64,000 nucleotides of DNA, taken from assembly GCA_964466955.1 (NCBI GenBank), contig CAYXQR010000106.1, positions 3,354-67,353 on the forward strand, read 5' to 3'. The position numbers were made by a program, and so were the translations under genes. Under the pieces are notes generated by a model that saw only the letters and a list, made by a program, of their open reading frames with translations, did not search any database and was not told the origin of the DNA. How positions within the stretch are numbered: position 1 is the first letter of the stretch; each line of letters begins with the position of its first letter. This document shows positions 20,328 to 30,663 of the stretch, in pieces. Origin of the DNA: an uncultured Nitrosospira sp. Its GTDB lineage: Bacteria > Pseudomonadota > Gammaproteobacteria > Burkholderiales > Nitrosomonadaceae.

Positions 20328-21701
20328 GTGACAAGGAAACTTTACATCAAGACATTTGGCTGTCAGATGAACGAGTATGACTCGGAAAAAATGGCAGATA
20401 TACTCCATGCTTCTGAAGGCATGGAAAAAACAGAGAATCCGGCCGACGCCGATGTGATTCTTTTCAATACCTGCTCGGTTCGCGATAAAGCACAGGAAAA
20501 GGTATTCCATGACTTGGGCCGCATTCGCCAACTCAAGGCAATCAAACCGGATCTGCTTATCGGAGTGGGAGGATGTGTTGCCAGCCAGGAGGGCGCGGAA
20601 ATCGTGAGGCGCGCGCCTTATGTGGACGTAGTATTCGGTCCGCAGACACTTCATCGTTTGCCGCAACTGATTTCTGCCAGGCGGAACACGGGCCGTGCCC
20701 AAGTCGATATTTCGTTCCCGGAAATCGAGAAATTCGATCGACTGCCACCCGCACGTACCGAAGGTGCAACCGCTTTCATTTCCATTATGGAAGGCTGCAG
20801 TAAATATTGCAGCTTTTGTGTCGTTCCTTACACCCGTGGCGAAGAAATCTCGCGTCCCCTGGATGACGTGCTGACAGAAGTTGCCGGGCTGACAGATCAA
20901 GGGGTAAAGGAGGTGACGCTGCTGGGGCAGAATGTGAATGCATATCGGGGGACAATGGAATTTGGGGAAGAAGGTCAGGTTGCGGACTTCGCCCTGTTGC
21001 TCGAATACATACACGATATGCCGGGTATTGAACGTATTCGCTATACAACGTCGCACCCCAGGGAATTCACGACGCGGCTGATCGAAGCCTATGAGAAGCT
21101 GCCAAAACTGGTGAGTCATGTGCATCTGCCGGTCCAGTCAGGTTCTGATCGCATACTGGCAGCCATGAAGCGCGGCTATACCACCCTCGAATATAAATCC
21201 ATCATCCGGCGGTTACGCGCTGCCCGACCCGACATCTCGTTAACCTCCGACTTCATCGTTGGCTTCCCGGGCGAAACCGAAGCCGATTTCGAAGCAACCC
21301 TGAAGCTGATCGAATCGCTCCATTTCGACGATTCATACAGCTTCATCTACAGTCCCCGGCCCGGTACACCGGCCGCAGAGTTAAGGGATACGACGTCCCC
21401 CGAGATTAAACTGGAAAGATTGCAACGCCTGCAGGAAAAGATAGAACAGCAGGCCCGGATCATCAGTCATAAGATGGTAGGATCGATACAGGATATTCTG
21501 GTGGAGGGTCCCTCCAGAAAGAACGCCGATGAATTGCGCGGCCGAACCGATAACAATCGTACGGTGAATTTCAGTGGCTCCTCTGCCATGATCGGGAATT
21601 TTGTAAATGTAAAAATTACCGCTGCCTTATCTCACTCGCTGCGCGGCGAGATCGCAAACGGCGAAATTCGGGCTTCGGCAGCCTCTCGGCTCTCGCTTTG
21701 A
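20328..21701 (+). CDS. miaB: tRNA-2-methylthio-N6-dimethylallyladenosine synthase
   Basis: TFGCQMN, NTCSVR, GGCVA, radical-SAM CSKYCSFC, C-terminal TRAM domain. GTG start at 20328. Confidence 0.97.
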   Translation: MTRKLYIKTFGCQMNEYDSEKMADILHASEGMEKTENPADADVILFNTCSVRDKAQEKVFHDLGRIRQLKAIKPDLLIGVGGCVASQEGAEIVRRAPYVDVVFGPQTLHRLPQLISARRNTGRAQVDISFPEIEKFDRLPPARTEGATAFISIMEGCSKYCSFCVVPYTRGEEISRPLDDVLTEVAGLTDQGVKEVTLLGQNVNAYRGTMEFGEEGQVADFALLLEYIHDMPGIERIRYTTSHPREFTTRLIEAYEKLPKLVSHVHLPVQSGSDRILAAMKRGYTTLEYKSIIRRLRAARPDISLTSDFIVGFPGETEADFEATLKLIESLHFDDSYSFIYSPRPGTPAAELRDTTSPEIKLERLQRLQEKIEQQARIISHKMVGSIQDILVEGPSRKNADELRGRTDNNRTVNFSGSSAMIGNFVNVKITAALSHSLRGEIANGEIRASAASRLSL

Positions 21702-21748
21702 GCGTCCTTGCAAAGTACGCCCATGGCTGCGAGAATTAGATTTCACAA

Positions 21749-22750
21749 TTGTTGACTGCGTCGTTTATCGCGCCTTTGAAATCAAAACCCGTCGAAATTT
21801 CCTTTTCTCCCACCGATAATCAGCGTCTTGCCAACCTGTGCGGTGCGCTCGACGAAAATCTCAGACAGCTCGAAACGGTACTGGATGTTTCCATAGCGCG
21901 CCGTGGTGAACACTTCAGCATACGCGGCACATCCAGCCAGGCTGCGCTTGCCGCCGAGGCGCTGAGGAATTTCTATGACCAGGCCCAGCATCATCTGGGC
22001 GTAGAACAGATACAACTCGGCCTGATCGAAACGATCAACCCTTATCACTCCAGGAACCGATCATCAGCCAAGACGGAGGAAGTAACGGAGTCCGTCCTGC
22101 ACACGCGACGCAGCGATCTACGGGGGCGCACTCCTCGTCAGATCAGCTACCTGCAACAGATTCAGACCCACGACATCACATTTTCCATTGGCCCTGCGGG
22201 CACGGGCAAGACTTATCTTGCTGTGGCGAGCGCGGTGGACGCACTGGAGCGGGACATCGTGGAGCGCATAATGCTAGTGCGTCCAGCCGTGGAGGCCGGC
22301 GAGCGGCTTGGCTTTCTCCCGGGCGATATGGTGCAGAAGGTAGACCCCTACCTGCGGCCACTCTATGATGCGCTCTATGATCTCATGGGGTTCGAGAAAA
22401 CCGGCAAGCAGTTCGAGCGCGGTACGATCGAGGTTGCCCCTTTGGCATTCATGCGTGGCCGTACACTGAATCAGTCCTTTATTATTCTGGATGAAGCGCA
22501 GAATACGACCCCTGAGCAGATGAAGATGTTCCTTACCCGGATCGGATTCGGCTCGAAAGCGGTGATAACGGGCGATGTCACACAGATTGACCTGGCAAAG
22601 CATCAGAAAAGCGGGCTGGTAGAAGCTCAAAAGGTATTGGAAAAAGTGCGCGGGATCGCGTTTACCCGTTTTGGTGCGGAGGATGTGGTGCGCCATCCGT
22701 TGGTACAGAGAATTGTCAATGCGTACGAAGAATACGAAAAAAAAGCATGA
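21749..22750 (+). CDS. phoH: PhoH-family ATPase (YbeZ type)
   Basis: [42 protein letters not shown]. The start may be TTG 21776. Confidence 0.95.
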   Translation: MLTASFIAPLKSKPVEISFSPTDNQRLANLCGALDENLRQLETVLDVSIARRGEHFSIRGTSSQAALAAEALRNFYDQAQHHLGVEQIQLGLIETINPYHSRNRSSAKTEEVTESVLHTRRSDLRGRTPRQISYLQQIQTHDITFSIGPAGTGKTYLAVASAVDALERDIVERIMLVRPAVEAGERLGFLPGDMVQKVDPYLRPLYDALYDLMGFEKTGKQFERGTIEVAPLAFMRGRTLNQSFIILDEAQNTTPEQMKMFLTRIGFGSKAVITGDVTQIDLAKHQKSGLVEAQKVLEKVRGIAFTRFGAEDVVRHPLVQRIVNAYEEYEKKA

Positions 22751-23267
22751 TCCTTCGGATAGCTGTAACACTGGTACCCACGTTCCGTCTGCGGAAGGGA
22801 AGCTAGTAAGGCTGAAGTTGGGCACCCAATACGCTACCCGAGCGGAAGGTGTTCCTGCGCGCCCGATGTTCCGGAAATGGATCAGGGCGGCATTGATGCA
22901 TGACGCGGAAATTGGATTACGCGTCGTCGATGAAGCCGAAGGCCGCGGCCTCAATCGCGACTTTCGCGGCAAGGATTATGCGACCAATGTCCTGACCTTT
23001 GTTTACAATGATGAGCCCGCTCCGGGCATTCACCCTGCCGCCACTCTCAAGGGGGATATCGTACTGTGTGCGCCAATCATAGAGAATGAAGCGAACGGGC
23101 AATCCAAAAGCCTGGCAGCGCATTATGCGCATCTCACGGTGCACAGTGTCCTGCATCTTCAGGGCTATGACCATGAAAGTGCAATCGAAGCGTCAACCAT
23201 GGAGCAACTGGAGATCGGGATTCTCGGGAAACTGGGATACCGGAATCCATATGCGGACCCCAGTTAA
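22719..23267 (+). CDS. ybeY: Endoribonuclease YbeY
   Basis: [16 protein letters not shown] and [15 protein letters not shown] motifs. The nearest in-frame ATG is 22719, inside the phoH 3' end. Confidence 0.92.
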   Translation: MRTKNTKKKHDPSDSCNTGTHVPSAEGKLVRLKLGTQYATRAEGVPARPMFRKWIRAALMHDAEIGLRVVDEAEGRGLNRDFRGKDYATNVLTFVYNDEPAPGIHPAATLKGDIVLCAPIIENEANGQSKSLAAHYAHLTVHSVLHLQGYDHESAIEASTMEQLEIGILGKLGYRNPYADPS

Positions 23268-23318
23268 TGTTGAATATGAATGAAACGGAACCTTTTATAA
23301 AACCTCTAAGCAATTCAT

Positions 23319-24182
23319 ATGTCTGTCGCGTATCAGCCACGTATGGATGACCCTCCCCAATCCGGCTGGCTGGAACGGATCAGTGCGCTGTTGTTGCGCA
23401 AGCCGGAAGACCGCGCCCAACTGATCACGCTGCTGCATGCCGCCTTTGAGCGCAACCTGTTCGATTCGGATGCCCTGAGCATGATCGAAGGGGTAATGCA
23501 GGTATCCGAGATGCAGGCCCGGGACATTATGGTTCCGCGCGCTCAAATGGACGTGATCGATATCGGCGATACTCCGGACAAGTTCATTCCTTTCGTGATT
23601 GAAAAGGCGCACTCGCGTTTTCCGGTTACCGAGAATGACAGGAATAACGTGATCGGAATTCTGCTTGCCAAGGATTTATTACGCTATTACGCCGGAGAGG
23701 AGGAGTTTGACGTACGGGACATGCTGCGACCAGTCGTATTTATTCCCGAATCAAAGCGCCTCAATGTGCTGCTCAGGGATTTCCGCGCCAACCGAAATCA
23801 TATCGCCATTGTTGTGGATGAATATGGTGGAGTTGCTGGTCTGGTCACGATCGAGGATGTGCTGGAGCAGATTGTTGGCGATATCGAGGATGAGCATGAT
23901 TTCGATGAAGCCGAAGACAATATCCTGCAAGATCCGGATGGCTATTACCGCGTCAAGGCGATTACGGAAATAGCGGATTTCAATGAGCGACTCGGCGGAG
24001 AACTGAGTGACGTCGATTACGACACGATTGGAGGACTGGTAGTGCATCAATTTGGCCGGCTGCCCAAACGCGGTGAATCGGTCGCTGCGGGGGGGTTCAA
24101 ATTTACGGTATTACGGGCCGACAGCCGCAGACTGTACACATTGCTGGTGGAAAAAGGAAATCCCGCTCACGCTCAACAATGA
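23319..24182 (+). CDS. corC: Magnesium/cobalt efflux protein CorC (CBS + HlyC/CorC)
   Basis: HSRFPV, GILLAKDLL, VVDEYGGVAGLVTIEDVLEQIVGDIEDE. Confidence 0.95.
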   Translation: MSVAYQPRMDDPPQSGWLERISALLLRKPEDRAQLITLLHAAFERNLFDSDALSMIEGVMQVSEMQARDIMVPRAQMDVIDIGDTPDKFIPFVIEKAHSRFPVTENDRNNVIGILLAKDLLRYYAGEEEFDVRDMLRPVVFIPESKRLNVLLRDFRANRNHIAIVVDEYGGVAGLVTIEDVLEQIVGDIEDEHDFDEAEDNILQDPDGYYRVKAITEIADFNERLGGELSDVDYDTIGGLVVHQFGRLPKRGESVAAGGFKFTVLRADSRRLYTLLVEKGNPAHAQQ

Positions 24183-24254
24183 GAAAGGATAACCCAGGGT
24201 CCATGCAAACGTTCCACTGTTTAGCCGAACTCGATCGGCAGCTGGTTCAGATAA

Positions 24255-24701
24255 ATGCATGAACCTGTCGTGGTAGAGGTGGTCATAGAGGTGCCCCGAG
24301 GCAGTTTTCTTAAACGCGGTTCCACTGGCGCCATAGATTTTATTTCCCCAGTGCCTTGTCCCTTTAATTACGGCTCGGTTTCGGGACACGTCGGGCTGGA
24401 CGGCGATCTTCTGGACGCACTGGTTCTGGGTCCACGTTTACCGGCAGGCACACACATACGAGTGAAGGCATGGCGAGCGGTGACCATGCTCGACCGGGAT
24501 CTGCTGGATGATAAACTTATCTGCGCGGAGACGCCCCCCGATGCGCCTCAATACAGGAGGATACTAGCTTTCTTTCATATGTATGCAAAATGCAAGGGAT
24601 TCCTGAACAAGCTGAGAGGTCAATCCGGCCGCAACGCATGCAAGGGCTGGTGCGGGGTGGATCAGGCGCTTGCCCGCGCGCGGCCGCTTGATGGCGAATG
24701 A
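24255..24701 (+). CDS. Short, divergent family-I inorganic pyrophosphatase-like protein
   Basis: 148 aa. IEVPRGS.LK, P.NYG, DGDLLDALVL and D...DDKL motifs. Confidence 0.75.
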   Translation: MHEPVVVEVVIEVPRGSFLKRGSTGAIDFISPVPCPFNYGSVSGHVGLDGDLLDALVLGPRLPAGTHIRVKAWRAVTMLDRDLLDDKLICAETPPDAPQYRRILAFFHMYAKCKGFLNKLRGQSGRNACKGWCGVDQALARARPLDGE

Positions 24702-24804
24702 CCCATGGCGCGAATCGATTTTTGACATAAATCTCCTTTATATGATCAGCTGCCAGCGATGGCAGGATTAGACCTTCCTATCATTCCAGAAGAAAATTCC
24801 ATTC

Positions 24805-26730
24805 ATGCCTCTCCTCACACTTGAAAAAGGATGCCTCGCATTTGGCCACCATGCGTTGCTCGATCACGCGGATTTACAGCTTGACGCAGGGGAACGAATT
24901 GGACTGATCGGAAGGAACGGGGGGGGCAAATCGAGCCTGTTGCGCACATTGACAGGAGAGGCCACGCTGGATGATGGCAGAATCTGGCGGTCGCCTGCAT
25001 TGAAACTGGCATATGTGCCCCAAGAGCCCAAGCTGGACCCTGCGCTGACGGTTTTAGAGGAAGCTTCGAAAGGATTGGGCGCCCTCAGCCAAATTCTGCT
25101 TCAGTATCACGAGGCATCCCATCTCCTGAGTGATGGCCGCGATGATACCGATGCCCTTCTTGCCCGCCTGGAGAATCTTCAGGCAGAACTCGAAGCCCAC
25201 GATGGCTGGCGTATTCAAGCCAGGGTCGAGACCGTAATCGACAAGCTTGATCTTCCTGCGGATGCTCTGGTTGGTCAACTTTCGGGCGGACAGAAAAAAC
25301 GGGTGGCGCTGGCCCGTGCATTGGCGCTATCGCCGGATGTGCTGCTATTGGACGAGCCAACCAATCATCTGGATTTTTCCTCCATCGAGTGGCTTGAAGA
25401 GTTGCTCGTGGACTTCACCGGTGCCGTGCTGTTCGTTACGCACGACCGTCGCTTTTTGAACAATGTCGCAACAAGAATCGTGGAACTCGACCGAGGCAGC
25501 ATGACGAACTTCCCCGGTGATTTTGCTGCATACCAGCAGAAAAAAATGGAAATGCTGGAAATCGAAGTCATCCACAACGGGAAGTTCGACAAGGTTCTGG
25601 CGCAGGAAGAAGTCTGGGTACGCAAGGGAATTCAGGCGCGCTGCACGCGAAATGAAGGCAGAGTACGGCGGCTGGAAGCACTGCGATTGGAACGAGCCGC
25701 GCGGCGGGAAAGAACCGGGATGGCCAATCTCAGCATTGACGATGCCGGTAAATCCGGTCGAATGGTGGCCGAGCTTGAGCGCGTAACCAAAAGCTATGGA
25801 AACAAAACGGTGATCCAGGACTTTTCGTGTCGCATCATGCGTGGAGACCGGGTAGGCCTGCTGGGCCCGAACGGCGCAGGCAAATCTACGCTGCTGAAAC
25901 TGATTCTCGGCGAATTGACGCCGGACAGCGGCAGCATCTCTCGAGGCACCCGGCAGGAGATTGCCTACTTTGACCAGATGCGGGAACAGCTCGACGAGGA
26001 AGAGACGCTCATAGACACGATCAGTCAGGGCTCGGATTTTATCGAAATCGGCGGCGCGAGAAAGCATGTCATCAGCTATCTGGAGGATTTCCTGTTCGCA
26101 CCCCAAAGGGCGCGTTCGCCCGTGAAATCGCTTTCCGGTGGAGAACGTAACCGCCTTTTGCTGGCGCGCCTGTTTACTCGTCCGGCTAATATACTGGTTC
26201 TGGATGAGCCCACCAACGATCTCGATATCGAAACGCTGGATCTGCTGGAAGGGATGCTGCAAAGCTATTCCGGCACTCTGTTCCTCGTGAGCCACGACCG
26301 TGAATTTCTTGACAATGTGGTCACACAGGTCATCGCGTTCGAAGGCGAAGGAATATTGCGGGAATACGTCGGCGGCTACGAGGACTGGGTACGCGCCCGG
26401 GGTTTTCGGGCTGCAACCGAAAAGCAGCGCACGCTCAAAGCCATTTCCACCGAGCCCAAGGCTCCTGCCAGGCCTCTTTTCAGCAGGCTGAATTACAAAG
26501 AAAAAATAGAGCTTGAAACAATGTCTGGCAAGATCGAGCTGCTGGAGCGGGAACAGGATGCCATCAACCAGCAACTCAACGTGCCGAATCTTTACCGGGA
26601 TTTGCCAGAAAAAGCCAGCGACCTGCAGAGGCGTTTTACCGAGATTGAAGAGGAACTGATGAACTGCCTTTCCAGGTGGGAAGAACTGGAAGCAAAAAAG
26701 GCGGCGGCGGGACAAAAAACACACGGTTGA
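24805..26730 (+). CDS. uup: ABC-F ATPase Uup
   Basis: Two NBDs (GRNGGGKS, LSGGQ, LDEPTNHLD; GPNGAGKS, LSGGE, LDEPTNDLD), RNEGRVRRL linker, C-terminal coiled coil. Confidence 0.92.
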   Translation: MPLLTLEKGCLAFGHHALLDHADLQLDAGERIGLIGRNGGGKSSLLRTLTGEATLDDGRIWRSPALKLAYVPQEPKLDPALTVLEEASKGLGALSQILLQYHEASHLLSDGRDDTDALLARLENLQAELEAHDGWRIQARVETVIDKLDLPADALVGQLSGGQKKRVALARALALSPDVLLLDEPTNHLDFSSIEWLEELLVDFTGAVLFVTHDRRFLNNVATRIVELDRGSMTNFPGDFAAYQQKKMEMLEIEVIHNGKFDKVLAQEEVWVRKGIQARCTRNEGRVRRLEALRLERAARRERTGMANLSIDDAGKSGRMVAELERVTKSYGNKTVIQDFSCRIMRGDRVGLLGPNGAGKSTLLKLILGELTPDSGSISRGTRQEIAYFDQMREQLDEEETLIDTISQGSDFIEIGGARKHVISYLEDFLFAPQRARSPVKSLSGGERNRLLLARLFTRPANILVLDEPTNDLDIETLDLLEGMLQSYSGTLFLVSHDREFLDNVVTQVIAFEGEGILREYVGGYEDWVRARGFRAATEKQRTLKAISTEPKAPARPLFSRLNYKEKIELETMSGKIELLEREQDAINQQLNVPNLYRDLPEKASDLQRRFTEIEEELMNCLSRWEELEAKKAAAGQKTHG

Positions 26731-26775
26731 TCATCTCAGAATATCCCTATTCCATATATGCTATTGTTTTATGCA

Positions 26776-26804
26776 TTGACCAGAAATGACACATCGTTTA
26801 GAGT
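26776..26804 (+). promoter_or_regulatory. Sigma70-type promoter for the cytochrome c pair
   Basis: TTGACC-N17-TAGAGT, ending 29 bp upstream of ATG 26833. Confidence 0.5.
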
Positions 26805-26832
26805 CGCTATTTTTGTGAAGAGGGCACTGATA

Positions 26833-27156
26833 ATGAAGAAACCAGCGATAATACGCTTACTCGCATTGGGTTTGCTCCTGATGGGAGCAGGAACCGTTCA
26901 AGCAGCCGGAGACCCCGTTGCGGGCAAGCAGAAAAATACCATGTGCATTGGTTGCCATGGAATAGAGGGATACCGGACTTCATACCCCACCGTCTATAAT
27001 GTTCCGAGAATCGGGGGTCAGCATGAAGAGTACTTGATCAAAGCACTCCAGGCCTATAAGACGGACGCCCGCAATCATCCCAGCATGAAGGGCATCGCTG
27101 CCACATTGTCTCAGCAGGATATTGAAGATCTAGCTGCCTATTACGCTGGTAAATAA
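26833..27156 (+). CDS. Monoheme class I cytochrome c
   Basis: Signal peptide, CIGCH, P.IGGQH.EYL..AL.AYK, distal Met (HPSM). Confidence 0.92.
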   Translation: MKKPAIIRLLALGLLLMGAGTVQAAGDPVAGKQKNTMCIGCHGIEGYRTSYPTVYNVPRIGGQHEEYLIKALQAYKTDARNHPSMKGIAATLSQQDIEDLAAYYAGK

Positions 27157-27182
27157 CCAACCATTTTCGCAAGGAAAGTCTC

Positions 27183-27509
27183 ATGAAACATCTCATCATT
27201 GCCGCAGCGAGCGGCGCGGCGCTGCTGATCTCTGCTCAGGGGATCGCAGCCGACATAGAAGCAGGCAAAAAAAAGGCGGCAGAAGTTTGTGCTGCATGCC
27301 ACGGACCGGATGGAAATAGCCCGAATCCCGCTTTTCCCAAGCTGAACGGGCAGCATGCCAGCTATCTCATCAAAACCTTGACGGAATATAAATCGGGCGA
27401 GCGGAAGGATCCGGTAATGGCAGGCATGTCCGCAGCGCTGAGCAAGGAAGACATTGAGAACGTATCGGCATACTTCGCCAGTCAGTCCGGCCTGAAGACC
27501 AAGTACTGA
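27183..27509 (+). CDS. Monoheme class I cytochrome c
   Basis: Signal peptide, CAACHG.DGNS, P.LNGQH.SYL, distal Met (DPVM). Confidence 0.92.
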   Translation: MKHLIIAAASGAALLISAQGIAADIEAGKKKAAEVCAACHGPDGNSPNPAFPKLNGQHASYLIKTLTEYKSGERKDPVMAGMSAALSKEDIENVSAYFASQSGLKTKY

Positions 27510-27566
27510 TCCGGCATTAAAGAAAGAACGCCCGCTCCACGGGCAAGGATACAACATATCCATAGC

Positions 27567-27596
27567 GGCTTTGGGGAAGGGGAATACCCCAAAGCC
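27567..27596. terminator. Perfect 10-bp stem hairpin between convergent genes
   Basis: GGCTTTGGGG-N10-CCCCAAAGCC with no U-tract on either strand. Confidence 0.4.
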
Positions 27597-27731
27597 TCAG
27601 TCGGTTTCGCTCCGGCCTGTTTGGCTTGAGAATCAGATCATGCCCATAGGGATACCTGACGATCCGGCATGCGGAAAAACTCCTTCCTGCTGGTGCGCAA
27701 TTTCACTTGAAGGAACGCACCTGCTCAAGCC

Positions 27732-28160
27732 TTAATTTTTTCTTCGATCCAGACAGTCAAAATAGATGGCAGCATCCATTTCCGTCTGGTTCCGCTGTGC
27801 CTGCCAGATCATTTCCGCAAGACACTCCATGATCTGATGCACAGCGATGTGTTCATCGCCCGTTTTTTCCACCAGATGCTGGAACCGCTGTCGTATTCCT
27901 GCCGGTTGATCTATTGACAACTGCTCCCTGATGGCAATGTGCATACCCATATGGAGAAAGGGATTGGTATCGCCCGTCTCGGGCAGGTAATCCTTATCCT
28001 GGAAGCGTATGGGATCTTCCAGCATTACGTGATATTCTGGATGCAACAGGATCGTATCGAGCGCCATATTTTCCATGGCCGTAAGCATCTTTCGCTGCCT
28101 GTATTTGCGCCAGGTATCAAAAAAAAACTGACGCGCCTGTTCTCTGGAAGGATTAAACAT
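27732..28160 (-). CDS. DUF1841-family protein
   Basis: MFNPSR...R.FF...W, HPEYH, NPFLHMGMH.AI.EQ.SIDQP.GI motifs. Confidence 0.9.
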   Translation of the reverse strand: MFNPSREQARQFFFDTWRKYRQRKMLTAMENMALDTILLHPEYHVMLEDPIRFQDKDYLPETGDTNPFLHMGMHIAIREQLSIDQPAGIRQRFQHLVEKTGDEHIAVHQIMECLAEMIWQAQRNQTEMDAAIYFDCLDRRKN

Positions 28161-28201
28161 ACCGTGGACAAGCTTTGCGAAACCAATTTCTCGCGAATCG
28201 A

Positions 28202-28830
<629 letters not shown>

Positions 28831-28834
<4 letters not shown>

Positions 28835-29520
28835 GATTCGCCCAGCAGAGAGTCCAACTGACGGACATCGATATCATGCCGCGTCCTGGCTGCCTTGGCG
28901 CGGGCGATCGCAGCCCGGATAGCCAAGTTCTTGCGCTCGATGCTGGGCGCCGGTGTAACGGCTGCCATCCCATCCTTTTCAGACAAATAATGCTTGCGCA
29001 TCTGCCCCTGTTTTTCGCGCTCCAGCCTTTGCACCCTGAACTGATAACGAGCACGCGCGCGATCTGCGGCATTCCTGCTTTTTTCTTCTTGACTACGGGA
29101 AGCTGGATCCTTCCGGGCCGGAATCATGCTGATGCAATCCACTGGACAGGGCTCGACACATAATTCACACCCTGTGCATTCCACGCCCATTACGGTGTGA
29201 ACCTGCTTTGCCGCCCCCACGATCGCATCCACCGGGCAGGCTTGAATGCACAACGTGCATCCTATACAGGCTTGCTCGTCGATGAACGCCGCTTCTTTCG
29301 GCACATACTGTTTATGTGCTGTACTGAGCGGCACCGGACTCATGCCCAACAGGGCTGCAATCCTGCGTAAGCCTTCTTCTCCCCCAGGCGGACATTGATC
29401 GATCTGCGCCTTTCCTTCCACAATGGCGGCTGCATAGGGCCGACAACCAAGGAAACCGCAGCGGCGGCACTGCGTTTGTGGCAGAACAGCGTCGATTTCC
29501 GCGATCAGTGGATCTTCCAT
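28831..29520 (-). CDS. rnfB: RnfB/RsxB-like iron-sulfur protein (no N-terminal TM)
   Basis: [16 protein letters not shown]...CPPGG plus two ferredoxin motifs ([24 protein letters not shown]). Start at ATG 29520; ATGA overlap with nth. Confidence 0.85.
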
Positions 29521-29524
29521 CACT

Positions 29525-30571
29525 TTATCCACGTTCGTGAAGCGAACCATGTCCCACGCCGGGCACGCACAAGGCATGCGCAATTTCACGCACCAGCCTA
29601 GGCCCGCGATAAATCAATCCGCTGTAGATCTGAACGAGGCTCGCACCTGCTTCGATCTTTTCCTTTGCATCCTTCGGGGACATGATGCCACCCACTCCTA
29701 TTATTGGGAGCGATCCCCTAAGGACAATGTGCAGCCGCCGTATCACAGCGGTGGCGCGACCGGCAAGTGGCGCCCCGCTCAATCCGCCCCGCTCGGATGA
29801 ATGCGGCAATGCTTCGATCCCCGCCCGCGACAGTGTCGTGTTGGTGGCAATGACGCCATCGATCCGATGCCGCATCAGCGCCGCGGCAATTGAATCGATC
29901 TGCGCATCCTCGAGGTCAGGTGCGATTTTTACGGCCAGAGGCGTATACTTCCCATGCTCGTCAGCCAGCTTTTTCTGGCTCAGTTTCAATATTCGCAGCA
30001 AATGATCGAGTTCCTCGGCATTCTGGAGCTGACGAAGGTTGGGCGTATTCGGCGAAGAAATGTTCACGACGATATAATCGGCATGAGGATAAGCCTTTTG
30101 CAGACAGACGAGATAGTCGTCGACGGCACTTTCGACCGGCGTATCGAAATTTTTTCCGATGTTGATGCCAATTATACCGGGGTAATTTCTGCGTCTGACG
30201 TTTGTCAGCAAGTTCTCTATGCCCAGATTATTGAAGCCCATACGGTTGATGATGGCATTCGCCTGGGGGATACGAAACAGCCGTGGTTTCGGGTTTCCGG
30301 GCTGCCGTCGTGGCGTAACCGTGCCGATTTCGATAAAACCGAAACCAAGCGACCCAAGTGCGTCAATATGCGCGCCATTTTTGTCCAGCCCGGCCGCCAG
30401 CCCTACGGGATTGGGAAAATCAAGTCCCATGACCTTTCGAGCCGGACAATTGACCAATGAACCATTGAAGAGGCGCAGACGATGTGCCATCTCCAGTCCC
30501 TGAAACACTATAGAATGAGCTCTCTCCGGGTCGAGGCGGAATAACAGCGGGCGCAGCAGTAAATATGACAT
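29525..30571 (-). CDS. pyrD: Dihydroorotate dehydrogenase (quinone, class 2)
   Basis: [49 protein letters not shown]. Confidence 0.98.
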   Translation of the reverse strand: MSYLLLRPLLFRLDPERAHSIVFQGLEMAHRLRLFNGSLVNCPARKVMGLDFPNPVGLAAGLDKNGAHIDALGSLGFGFIEIGTVTPRRQPGNPKPRLFRIPQANAIINRMGFNNLGIENLLTNVRRRNYPGIIGINIGKNFDTPVESAVDDYLVCLQKAYPHADYIVVNISSPNTPNLRQLQNAEELDHLLRILKLSQKKLADEHGKYTPLAVKIAPDLEDAQIDSIAAALMRHRIDGVIATNTTLSRAGIEALPHSSERGGLSGAPLAGRATAVIRRLHIVLRGSLPIIGVGGIMSPKDAKEKIEAGASLVQIYSGLIYRGPRLVREIAHALCVPGVGHGSLHERG

Positions 30572-30663
30572 GAAGTCATTTTACCACCCCCTTATGCGGG
30601 GCCTGCGTGGTTTGGCATAATTAAGCTTTATCCATCTATCGCGCCCCGGCAATATCATTTCTC

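Noticed and set aside
20208-21125. 305-aa antisense ORF opposite miaB
   Set aside because: Shadow frame of a conserved gene.
21697-21724. Sigma32-like promoter upstream of phoH (CTTGCA...CCCAT)
   Set aside because: Spacing is 7 bp from CTTGCA; the alternative -35 (TTTGAG, 16 bp) is a poor match.
23287-23309. SigmaE-like GGAACCT...TCTAA upstream of corC
   Set aside because: The 11-bp spacer is too short.
25345-26724. 459-aa antisense ORF opposite uup
   Set aside because: Lies entirely within a well-supported gene, has no recognisable motifs, and is expected as a shadow frame of GC-biased codons.
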